Source: Carcharhinus amblyrhynchos (lineage: Eukaryota). From it: a stretch of 64,000 bases of DNA. Made by a program: the position numbers and the translations under genes. The stretch's first letter is position 1. The number at the start of each line of letters is the position of its first letter. Location of the stretch: the NCBI GenBank assembly GCA_965287045.1, contig OZ336890.1, positions 19,716,001 to 19,780,000 of the forward strand, read 5' to 3'. Positions 26,602 to 38,709 of this stretch are shown here, one piece after another. A model generated the notes under the pieces. It was not told the origin of the DNA, made no database searches, and saw only the letters and a program-made list of their open reading frames with translations.

Positions 26602-27467
26602 AGAGAATGAAGCTTTATTCCTGCCGCCATCTGATCTGACAGAAGCCGGGTGCAACTGACCTTTCCCCAGAACCAAGCTGTTGCTACTTAGATTTCTGTT
26701 CACTGAAACCTCACCCCCCCCCCACCCCCATCCCATTCTCTCTTTTCCAATAAACCGATCGGGGAAATCCAGCCTCCACCCTCTGTATCCCTGAAGCTGC
26801 CTTCAAGGAAGAGGCTTCGTTAAAACAGCTCACTCCAATGTTATATTGGAGTAATCTGGGGTTGGCTGCTGGAGATAATGAACTACATTAAAGAATCCGG
26901 ATCTGGGATGCAACAATGGAAGTGTTGTCCCGAGATTAATCTTTGAGAAGTCAGACCTAAAATCGGCCGATTTATTTGAAGAATGTTATATTTGCATCCA
27001 CGTGGGTTATCGTCAGATATCACAGCGGCTCCCAACCCAACATCTTGTGAACTGAGGTCTGGCGACGCAGCTGCAACCCTACAGCTGCTCATGTGTGCAG
27101 AGAAAGTCTATTCTCGGCGTGTTTCACTCTGACTGGTATCCATAGGGGCTTGCAGGGGGGACGGGGAGAAGTTTGAGTTCAGTGCAATGTTACCGAGATG
27201 TCGCCTTGAACTGCAAATCCAACATGAGGTGTGTATTGTGTTGGGTATTTGCATTGGACCCAGTGAGGGATGGACAGGATGCTATTTGCTCCGGTGAGAA
27301 TGCTGGTTCGACAGTCTGCCTGGTTCAATGCTGGTTGAACCTTCTCCTCGAAGCTATAATTCAGAGACCTGAGATTCCCTTTTAATCCATTCTCAAAGAT
27401 AGGAAACTGGATTCACTTTAGAAGCCCAAATGCACCTGTAAATCCGTTCCCAATGTCCATAAGGTTA

Positions 27468-27542
27468 AACCATGATGTGGAGATGCCGGCGTTGGACTGG
27501 GTGGGCACAGTAAGAAGTCTCTGGTGTTGTGAGACTTCTTAA
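27468..27542. mobile_element. 75-bp collapsed inverted Penelope-like insert with 10-bp TSD
   Basis: cataaggtta at 27458-27467 and 27543-27552; internal inverted repeat taagaagtctc / gagacttctta. Confidence 0.75.
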
Positions 27543-28304
27543 CATAAGGTTACGTTATAGGTCAATAATTCTAAGTCTATTGACAGGATTACAACACTTG
27601 AGAAATATAACTGCATTTCCATCGACCAACCTAGGAACTGTCCCCAATTGATCGTTGTTGGAGAGAATAGCTACAGTTTCACAAACAGACTGTAAAATAG
27701 CCGTATTCCCAAAGGGACAACTGCAATAAAGGTTGGGACTACCTTTAGGGTTCTGAATTAGCCACATCGGTTTAGGTTTTCGAATAATACTTCATAAAAG
27801 ATACCGTCACATCAAAGGGGACAGAAAGAAACTTAAATGAGGATGTGAAATGGAGGCACCAGTTGCTGTGCAGATGGTGTTGGGGAGGTCCCAAGAACTG
27901 CAGCGTTTCCGGTTTAACTCACGATGCAAGGAGATTTTAACCGAAAGCGCACGCAGGCTGGAGTCAGTGCCAGGGCTGCCTCGGAGTGTGCTGGGGTGCG
28001 GGACACTGTCACATTCTAAACCAGCAGGGACTTGCAGTTTTGCAAACGATCCTTTGTTAGTATCTCCACATTTAGAACAAAAATGTTGAGGTTTGTGCAG
28101 AATGCAAATAAGCATTAAGCCCTGCTCGGTCAACAGCCCAGCTGAGGAGCTTGGAAATGTTTCTCAGTGATAGAGAATCCGTGACACTGGATCAAAATGG
28201 CGGATATTGAAAGTTAAATATAATCAAATCCTTCGGCGCTGACATTAGACATAACTGGTGTCCCGATGCTTAGGTCAAGATTTGACATACATTGAACTTG
28301 TTCT

Positions 28305-28600
28305 GTTTTTTAACTCACTCGTGGGATGTGAGAATCGCTGGTAAGACCAGCATTTATTGCCCATCCCTAATTGCCCTTCAGAAGGTGGTGGTGAGCTGCC
28401 TTCTTGCACCGCTGCAATCCATGTGGTGTACATAGACTCACAGTGCCGTTGACCCACCCACCATGAAGAAATGGCGATATATTTCCTGTCGTGCGCCTTG
28501 AAGGAGAATTTGCAGGTGGTGGCGTTCTTGCTGCCCTTGACGTTCCAAGTGGGAGAGCTCAGGGTTTGGGGGGTCTTGTGGAGGAAGCTTTGTCAAGAAG
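28305..28600 (-). mobile_element. LINE 3' end (same family as 16616-17545)
   Basis: ccagcatttattgcccatccctaattgccctt...ggtggtggtgagctgccttcttg. Confidence 0.75.
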
Positions 28601-30119
28601 ACTCCTTGTGTACAAGTGAATTTGAGCAAGCTCGCCTCCTTCTGCAGATGTTAATATAAATAAAGTGTCTCCCTTAACATCAGAGTCGTAACACTGGAAA
28701 GGACAGGCAGTAGAAGATTGAAATTCACTGCACAAGAAACTCAGATCTCCCCATGTTCACGTCAAAATGTTTTTAAAAAGTAACTGTCAGACAATACTGC
28801 CAATTATAGCCCAGAGTTCACAAAGAAATCGTGTCTGCGCCCAGGCACATTTTAACAATCGCGTCTATCGCCAATCTTTTAATTAAAACAAATGCATCCA
28901 GAAGCCATTTGTTGAAGAAAATTAGCATACTACCTCTACTTAATTGCCCAATGTGTTGTGCATCATGTATTATTTTTACGATCAGAACTGGACACGTATT
29001 GATTAGTAATCAATATCTTTTAAATCCTAATCATGGACTTTATTCCCCATGATGTGCCAGTGATGCACATTACATGGTAAATGCGAATGATCCCTTTCTT
29101 CCCTCTGATTTACACTTTTCATTTTTATTGTGCCACTAGGGTCCTTTAGCTATTTAATAATGTTGACAAATGTCAAGTATACATATTTTCAACAACCGTA
29201 TTAATCAAGCGTACAGATGATGATTTACAATGAGCGCGTCGAGAGAATAAGGGGAAAAAAGACTCAGATATCAACAACTGTCTGCCAGGAAATGATTGTT
29301 GATTGCAAATGGAGAAGAGTTTCGTTGTTAAGGTCAAACCGCTCAACCACAGCGAGGGGCAGGTGGCTCACTGTCTGATCTGTGTTAGTAAAATTAACGT
29401 GAACTCTGAGGACTGGGGTCGAAAATGAAGGAAACTGCTGATCAAGGTGGCACGCGGTCTGAAAGGGCAGAAGGCTGAATTTGAGGGTTAAGATCTATAA
29501 CCTTCAGCATTTACAGAAGAATTTGCTACACTATTGATTAGTTGCAAAATGGCCATGAACTAAGCAACAGACATGGCTATTGGTAGGTTGCTATAGCACC
29601 TATCTCCCATTGATTTATTGAAAACCTCTGTTTTGTCGATTTCAATGCTAATAACACGACTGCAGTTGACTTGAACAAAAGAATACCCCCTCGCAAACTA
29701 AATGCATGAGAATCGGTATTTCCAATCACCTTGGCAAACTATATTGTTAGGCAATTGAACGATGGACTTCTGAGCAAAACCGATTCCTGCGGCAAAGGCG
29801 TTCACCATGAAGTCCTGTTTCATTTATTCGGTGGGGATCGCAACAATTCGTCAGCTTGTGATTTTCCTTGTAGTCCTACCTGCAGTAGGATGGTTGCATA
29901 GCTGACCTCAGGGAGGACAGTTTTGACCGGTGCTCTACCGAGAACTCAGCTGAAGATTAGTCACTCAAATCACAAAATAAACTCAAGTCATTTGGATTAA
30001 AAGTCAGCAGTTGTCCCCGAGTGTTCTTAGCCACTGCGATACTACGCCCTTTCCGCCCCCTCAAGTCTCTTTTGCAGATGTCGGGTGGATGAATATCGAT
30101 GTACAGTCAAAAAGTCCGA

Positions 30120-30260
30120 AAAACGTGCTACCTAGGTGCATTGTCTATGCTAAATTCTCCCTTAGTGTACCCCGACAGGCGCCGGAGTGTGGCGACTAGG
30201 GGATTTTCGCAATAGCTTCATTGCAGTGTTAATGTAAGCCTACTTGTGACACTAATTTCA
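30120..30260 (+). mobile_element. 3' half of SINE of the 11120 family
   Basis: aggtgcattg...gacaggcgccggagtgtggcgactagggg...gtaagcctacttgtgac. Confidence 0.8.
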
Positions 30261-33200
30261 AAAAAAGGTTAAAGGAGTCAACAATGCATCAAACTTAATT
30301 GCCAAGAATCGGTTTCGAAGTTCTTCCAAAACCAGACAACAATAGAACCCATATGAACCCCCAAGAATTCTAACACATGCAACTATTAGCATGCAATCAA
30401 AAGATCATCGTTGGAACTTTAATGCATTTGGTGTCCAAAGCTGTTAAAAGTAGTGGAGGGATTATCACCAATTACATCTGGATGCAACCATTACACTAGT
30501 TGCTCACCCCTTAATCGCGCATTCACTCAGGACAGGCAAAGAAATTGGGCTAGTTTACGAAAAGGCAAAGATTTCCTTCGGGCAGTGGATCACTATAGCC
30601 ACAGTGACCTCCTCTCACCAGATCTAGCTCGCACACCTTATAGAACTGATAGGATCTCGTACAGTATGTTGTTGGGTTGATGGTCTTTTGCTCGAATGAA
30701 ATATGAATATTAGCGCTCTTGTTAGACTTGTGTCACACACAGAACCTGGAACGAAAGTATTGTCCAGTCCTTTATGCGAAAACATTGGAATTTAGCTGGC
30801 TGGATAAATCAGAGAGTGGCAGGTCAACTGAGCGGGGGTGGGGTGGGGGGGGCGAATACTGAATCTGTTGCAACTAAAAGCCGCATTACGAACATTCAAA
30901 ATACACTGAATGCTTTGCCTTTTCTGAATTTATCAGGTTACCTCCTTGACAAGCTCTAGGTCCAATTTGCATATGCTAACGTACAAGACATGTACGGCAC
31001 ATACCGCTAATGATCAAATGAAATACAAGTGCTCAGAAAATGGCGGTTTCTATCTTGGCTGTTTTGCTGTCTTCTCTGTTAGTTTCCTAATGGAGGAGCT
31101 GTCTGGAGTGGTGGTGAAAAAATAAGATGTCGAGAGATCACATTTTGATCTGGACACTGATGTACTTGAGATTGTGTATGACAGAGTTGCTCAAACATAT
31201 AAAATGCATCAAAATGAAAGATTCACTCGAGATTTCACGTGTCTCGTTCACTTGATTTTAAATGGGATAAATGCTGATTTGTCCCATTGTGGATATAAGG
31301 GCTGTTCTGTGGATCTGGAAAGATCTTGAAATTAACCCCTTACGACTCGCTTTCCATAAACTTTCTTGTTAATAAAAGGTCGAATGAATCGAGCAATTGG
31401 AACAGCACATTCGGTCTCGTGTTTCTAGCCATCTTGAAAAGCTGCATGCATCATCAGAACTGGTAACATGACCCATATTTGTCGGATGGTGACACACTGA
31501 TTGCTCAGGTCAGCAATTGCTACTGGAACCTTATTTTTAACAGGAATTCTTCGAAGCCGAATAGCTTATTAAATAGTTCGCAGAAAACTGCTATAGATTG
31601 GTGGTTCTGTGTAATGTCGGATTCAGGACTCTCCGTTATAAACTGGGTATGAAAAACATTGGTTAAATAATAGTTTTAAGAACGTATTGACCACAAAAAC
31701 ATACATTCCAATCAAAGATTATCAGATATTTTCGCTCAATAAGTTCTTTTTGACGTGTTTTCAAATCAGCTTGAACAAACGTTGGATTCTAATATTTGGT
31801 GTTTTACACGTCCCCTTTACTCGGCGCCCTACATGTAGTCTCCTTTCCTCATGATTACACATTATCAAATAGTACAGCCATTGAATCCAAAGACCTATTC
31901 TCATTAAGTTCGGGTAATTTGAACGATAGTTTATGAATGGGTTTTCACATGGAACCAATGGAACCACTAAATAGTCATATTTAGATGTTTTGCAATTGGC
32001 TTGACGTCTGGACTCCTTCCTGAGAAAGAGAAACCCTTCCCCATGAACTCGTTCCCCTCTTTCATTATTTGACCCATTGCTATTACCTGCAAGAAAACAT
32101 GGTAGTCAGGTTATCTTTTGACATCGAAGTGAGATTATTTTTTTCACTTCCCCCGTCGCCGTAATTTTGGAATTGGTGTTTGCTGACTGGTTGATCCATT
32201 AACTAACTAAACAAATAGCAAGCTCAATATGACTCATTCCAACAAACAGTTGTAGCAATTTGTCCCATGTACCTGAAAAAAAATCAGCCAGATTCTCATT
32301 GGTTTGGGCAAGGCATCATGAGTATTGCCCATTACTGCTTCCATCGGGTGTATTAACCGTTATCTAAAACAACATTTTTGGAATAACATTGGACAGCTGG
32401 CGAACAAAATTCCGACCAACCTTTGAACTTGAGTACGTATGCACGTGAACCTTCACAATGGAAGGAAGTTTATGAAGTTTCCGATACTCCACAGAAAAAT
32501 TCATTACAGAAATTGCTATTTAAAACAAAACGTTCCATGTTGGCCATTATCCACGCTCTGAAGATTAGCTGAGAACATCGGAGATCCAATCACACCATGT
32601 AACATCGATCCAAGACCTTCAGAGAAAATGCTCACAATTGATGTTTTCACTACACAGTAGTAGCCATCCGTCATTACATAGTGTTAAAATAGCAAAATTG
32701 ACTGAAATATGGAGTATAATAGTATTTGATGCTTTATTATTTTATGGTAGACTGTAAGATGGTCAATATTGTAAACCTTCTGTTGGTCATTGATGAGTTG
32801 AATTCTGTGAAAATCTGATATATTTCATGATAACGACCACCTCAAAGCACAGATATTTTGTAATATAGTTATTGTATATGGATCCAGATATCATATAGCT
32901 TCAAATTAACTTAATCCTCACATATGACAAAAGATTAATCCATAGTCACCAGTTGCAACTTGAAGCAATGCAGTTCTTTGCACTAAAGTAGGAGGAATTT
33001 CAATGTTGATATCTAAAAGCTTGACATTCTACAAAAGCTATCATCTCATGAAGCACTATGATGAATTTGTCTGAACTTCAAGTTGCCTTCCAGGAATACA
33101 ACATTCATTTGTTTGTCCTCTGACATCCTTGTACAATGTTACAAATTGGACAAGTGAACAATAGTGCATCAGCCAGAATAAATAACATGGAATTTAATGG

Positions 33201-33584
33201 TATTTGGATCCTTAAACATTCCTGAGGAAACTCACACACCCCATGCCAAGGCTGTTGCACCTCAGGGCATTGATAATGCAGATGGAAAATTATACCATCT
33301 GTTTTATCGTAATGACTGAAACTGGGCAACTGTTTAATTTCCACACTGCAAAGCTCTCTTTAATGGTTCAAGTTCCCCATGTACAATGGCAATGATTGTA
33401 TTGTCACATTAAGATAACGCAAATGAAGCATTTAGTTGTTCCTTCCATGCAAATGGAAAATATTGCTTAGAATGTGATTTACAATGCTAACAAAATGCCA
33501 TTAGTTGGTGAACAATGTGTTGAATTGATGCTCAAACATGCAGGGCGGAGTAACATGCTGCTCAATTACTTGACCCAGCAGGTT

Positions 33585-34678
33585 TTCTTAGAGAATGAGT
33601 TTGGATCCATACAGAAAAAAAAAATTGTGTTTCATTGTGGGATTATCAGCATCCACTGTAGAAATTGTGGATGCTGGTATTTTCCAGTTGGTCTATCTGC
33701 GTAATGATGGCAACACTTTGCTCTGCAATGTTGAGCCAGATGTCATTATCTTCACTATTGGCATTATGATTTCACCAGTTTGAGGGCATCACTTTGAGAG
33801 TGACACATAGATGTGGGAATTAATCTGGGAATTCATAACAAGGAACTTGGAATTCATAATTTTTATGTCAACATGTAGTGATTTACAAGAAATGATGTCC
33901 TAAGGTGTAGGAATGAATAAAACGAGGTCAAAAACGTACTTGAGTCAGAAATTTTATACGAATCCCAGAACTCTTTTAAAATGTGGGCAAATCGTTTGTG
34001 TAAAGCTAATCATTGAGATTTAAAGAAAGCTGGCCACTGTCACTTCTCTGGAAAAACATTAACACGTCTTCTAGTAGAATCATATTGGTATCTTTTTTAA
34101 CCTACTGCTTGATCAGTTCAGAGGTCAATAAATACAGAGAAGGAATCTTCAATTGCAAATCCAAGAAACATTATATTACCCCCACAGGTCAAAATTCTGG
34201 TTAATTATAGAAACACTAACCTTTAGTTTGTTGAAATAAATCAAATTAACTAAATAGTTATTTAAAAAAGAATTTCTTTGCTTCTCAAAATGTCCAATAA
34301 TACATATTGTAATTCAATGGTATGGTGCAATGATACTGAAGCCAATATGGGGATGTTGAACTAAGATATACCATTGTCTTAGCAAAATTATGTAATACTA
34401 AGAATGTAATCAAGATATCCAGTACGATTAACACAATAAGGTCCTAGTCATGAATTCCAAGATTAATTTCCACATCAATATATCAATCTCAAAGTGATGC
34501 CAATAGTGAAGATAATGGCATCTGGCTGAACATTGCAGAGCAATGTGTTGTCACCATTATGCAGATAGACCAACTGTAAAATAACAGCATCCACAATTTC
34601 TACAGTGGATGCTGATAATTCTACAATGAAACACAATGTTTTTTTTTTCTGTATGGATCCAAACTCACTCTCTAAGAA
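33585..34678. repeat. Inverted duplication: arms 33585-33848 and 34438-34678, spacer about 590 bp
   Basis: The arms align as reverse complements at roughly 85-90% by eye; mirrored peptides appear in the ORF track (33595 + and 34475 -). Confidence 0.95.
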
Positions 34679-37289
34679 TGACAAAGATATGTATTGCCTA
34701 GGTTAATGACCAAACCTTGTAATTCTGTTAGCTAATGAAGTTGAAAAGTCTAGTTAAAATAAAGTCCCAATAGAAATATTCCTTTCTTTTCATTATTGAG
34801 TTGAGTTGGCACATGTTTCCAATTGGATATTCTATCTTTACTTCCCTGGGGAGTAGCCATTTTTGTTGCATTACCAAAGAATGTCAAGGTTTTAAAGAAT
34901 TAAATCACCTATTTTGTTTATAGGTCATTTAATTAGTACCTCAATTATTATTTGGCATAAGTTAAGCAACTGACATGCTCTGGACATTCTATGTAATGCC
35001 TTTCTTAGTAGATAATCTGAGAGTTAATAGATTTTAAAAAGAGGAACCTGAAGATTGATGGAAAGCTAATCATAGAAAGGCATAGAAATATGGGTATCAA
35101 GTTAGAAGAACTGCAATACCTCACATGGATTATGGCATTGTCTGTTGATCAGAAATCACCAAATACAATCTGGATCCATGTTATCTTCACACCATGAACC
35201 ATGTATGAGTTGTGCATTATTAAGATGAAATGATTTTCAATTCAACATATTTAGGTTTAAGAACATTGCTGAAATGGCTTACACCAAATGTTATGTTTCC
35301 ACATTCAACTCTACTGACACTGTTCTTTGAGATTACCCTTCAAACTTAATATCCAAACATCCAACATGGCCAAAATAAAAGTTTTGAATCCTATCCCTGT
35401 GTATAAACAAAATGAATCTGAATGGAATAACCATTAAAACAGTCCACTCATCTTAACATATGTACATCAATGTTAGAAATGGTAATATTTTTGTTCCTTA
35501 ATTTCTAATGCAAAGATATGTATACCTAAAACTAAGTTGTTATTTTAAGGGTAGTGGAGCCAAAATGCTGGATCATTACTACAAGTAATTTAAGTTGACA
35601 ACATATGGTTCATATTTACACCAGAGCAAGTACTTATGTAATTGTCATGAGATAAGGAAGAATACCTGATTTGGAATGAGTCTACATTTATTTATGAGTT
35701 ATATGGTTATAATATCCCTGGCAAGTTTGAATATTGCATTATGAAAGCAGCAAACTTAAATTACACAGAGGTTATACAGTTTACTAGTCCTCTTCTTTGT
35801 GTCAGGTGGATTACTGCAAAATATATTTCAATAAGATGTAAACATACATTAGTGTCAACTAATTTACTGACTTAAATACAAACAAACGCTACCAGTAATA
35901 AAAACAAATAATTTAAAAAACCTTTTGTATTCCTGGGCCTCTGCACTATTCTGGCACTAACAGTTGTTGACCATTCATGGTATTTTGCTTGGAGTGCGTA
36001 TTATATGCGTGTTCAGCACTTTATTCTGTGTTTCTTTATTTGTATGCAAACTCAATCTTTTGGTTGCAAACCTTTTCGGTTGATGACTCCATGTTTTCCC
36101 TGCGGGTCAACAGTAACACACCACAAGAAGACAAGCTATTATTATAGTAACGCGTAGGTGCGTTGACTGAGTTTATCTGAATAATCAGAATGCCAATAAT
36201 ATCAGAGTATCCCGTGTCAATGAGAGGGTTTGCAGACAAGAACATGACATTCTTTAGATGATTACAATAAAATTCACAAGGTGCAAATTTCTCTTGGCCA
36301 GTTAGCCTTTCCCATCATCACATAAGGTTTTATTTTCCAAGTCGCCCATACGAGTGAAATGTCTTATTCGGTTTAGAAGTGGGCACCAAAGTAGATGGTT
36401 ATTCCATGTATCTGTTCTCTACTAAATGCGCGTACATATCGCGATTAAGTGCCGCAATCAATGGAAAGGATGTATAATCATTAAAGCATACTGCGTTTTC
36501 AGCGAGTTATACATTTGTTCCGTGGCCAATATCCTAATATGGGCATTCTGTGTCAGCAGCATTTTGAGTGTTGATAAATACGAGTCGAGAGCAACGGGGA
36601 GGGGGGATGGGATAAGCTGCGTTTTTTTTCAGCGACTAGGTTGCCTCTCCCAAGCGGCTTGTCTGAAATGCTTCCATTTCGAATTTGTGCCAATGGGGTC
36701 CTTTCACGTTAGCTTTGCAGTTTTGAAAATCGACGCCTAGAGGTGTGGACATCTTGGAAGTTGCGTTAAAATCAGAACGAGTTGCCTTCAGTCAACCATT
36801 CGAACTTAATGCCCATACAAGGTCTCTGTTTACCTTTTATTGTAACTAATTGTACAGCGGTTGTGCAAATCGATGCACATTGATTGACGTTACTCAGATT
36901 TACTTCTGTCAGACGAAAGACAAGCCGGCGGACAGGAGAGTAAAAGTTATTCCCCGGTATTGTGTCCTGTAGGCTTGCCTGATTGAATACTGAACGCTGC
37001 CAGAGCTTGAAATTGGGCAATGCCCTACCAGAAGGAGCCATGGTCGCTCTTCGAATGGGGGAAGAGTATTGTGCGCTGTTTTCAAAGGTTCTCTCATGTA
37101 ACACTTCACCATGGTGGAGGGCACTGAGTGACAAGCCAGTGAGACAAATGAACAGTGACTAACAGGATACCACGGTGCTACAATCATCAATATTGCCATG
37201 GCCGTGCATCATATCTGCTCAATGTGAGGGGGAAGGGAGGGGGAGATCCAGCTGACTCACGGCACTGTCACACTTTGCAAAACGCACGG

Positions 37290-38062
37290 ACAATAACAGG
37301 GCGATTGGAGCAAGGCTGCTTCTCTGGCAGGGGGGTAAAAAAATGAAATGAAATAGTGACGCGCTTTGATGCATGTCAGAAACGAAGCAGCTTTCTCAAA
37401 GAACGCAAGACATTGCTAGCCCGATGCATAGCCAATTAGAAGAGGACACGAAAGAGATTTGCACATCGCGGTGAAACAAAACTGTGAGGCTGGGGAATGA
37501 CATTGTTTAGATGCGAAGGAAGAGTCAGTATGAGCGCAGAGAGAGGGAGGGAGGGGGGAGCGCGCCTTTCTGCTGTTCCATTTCATGCCGTCCTTTCTTA
37601 ATTTGGAAAAATAGAATTTATCTTTCTGCCATTACCATACAAGGCTGCTTCTTGCCCGTATTTGGTGCTGTAGTTAGATTCTCCGACCTCAGGCGGGGCT
37701 GAATTGATTGACAGCTCCGGCTCCTGACGCCACAGCGTTGTGTTGCTGCGTTCCTGCGTTGCCGGCTCTGCAGCAGAGAGAGAGAGAGTGAGAGAGAGAG
37801 GGAGAGCTGTGACCACCGAGTCTAGATCCAAAGGGGGCGGGGGGAACGGAAAAGCCCGCTCGGAAAGGGTGCCAAAAAATTAAATAAAAGGAGTAGTGAA
37901 AGGGAAAGCGAGAGTCCCCTGCAGGAGGTGGAGGAAAGGGGAAGGGGGGGGGGTGGGTCGCTCCCGGGGGGGGCGGGTGGGGGGTGGGGGGGGGGGGCTG
38001 TTTGAAGCGATCTGCAGTTAAGCAGAAGGTCAAGCGGCGTCCGAGCAGCTCCTCGCATCGTT
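37290..38062 (+). promoter_or_regulatory. CBX4 promoter and 5' UTR region (CpG island)
   Basis: CCAAT motifs near 37304 (reverse) and 37432, TGATTGACAG at 37705-37714, GC boxes, GA repeat at about 37775-37806, G-runs 37925-37997. TSS not determinable. Confidence 0.75.
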
Positions 38063-38131
38063 ATGGAGTTGCCAGCGGCGGGGGAGCACGTCTTTGCCGT
38101 GGAGAGCATCGAAAAGAAACGGATCAGGAAG
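38063..38131 (+). CDS. CBX4: Chromobox protein homolog 4 (Pc2), exon 1
   Basis: gttATGG Kozak context; MELPAAGEHVFAVESIEKKRIRK; donor AAG/gtaatg. Confidence 0.97.
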
Positions 38132-38229
38132 GTAATGTGAGCAGCTCCGGCTCACCTCGCCACGTTATTGACCGGCAATAGTGCTGTCTGTGCCTCTCAC
38201 TGACGAACGCTGTCTTTATTTCTCCACAG

Positions 38230-38273
38230 GGGCGGGTCGAGTACCTGGTGAAATGGAGGGGATGGTCTCCGAA
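38230..38273 (+). CDS. CBX4: CBX4 exon 2 (chromodomain)
   Basis: Acceptor tttctccacag; GRVEYLVKWRGWSPK with aromatic-cage W32/W35; donor gtgagt. Confidence 0.97.
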
Positions 38274-38643
38274 GTGAGTCCCGTTTCTGTATGTTATTTA
38301 TGTGTGTTGGAGATGAACTACAGTATGTGTGAGTGTGTGTGTGTGTGTACAGAGTGGAAGTCTTGCGGGACCCAGTCCGTGTCCCTTCCCTGACAAAATG
38401 CCACCAGTGAATTGGCAGTGGATAACCAATGTAACACACACACAAAATAAAATGGCCAATGGGAGTCCTGGAATGTCTTGTGGACTGTGAAAGATATGAT
38501 AGTGTGTGAATGGAGTGAAAATGGCCTCCCTTTGCACACTGCTTGAATGGCAGCACTTTTAGTTCGTTTTAATTTTCCGCTTGTGTGTGTGTGTGTGTTT
38601 TGAGAGGTCTTAAAGTGAACTGCTGATGTATCCTTCTCCGCAG

Positions 38644-38709
38644 ATACAACACGTGGGAGCCAGAGGAGAACATCCTGGACCCCCGGTTGCTCCTGGCTTT
38701 CCAGCACAG
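38644..38709 (+). CDS. CBX4: CBX4 exon 3 (chromodomain C-terminus)
   Basis: Acceptor ccttctccgcag; [22 protein letters not shown]; donor gtaaat. Confidence 0.97.
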
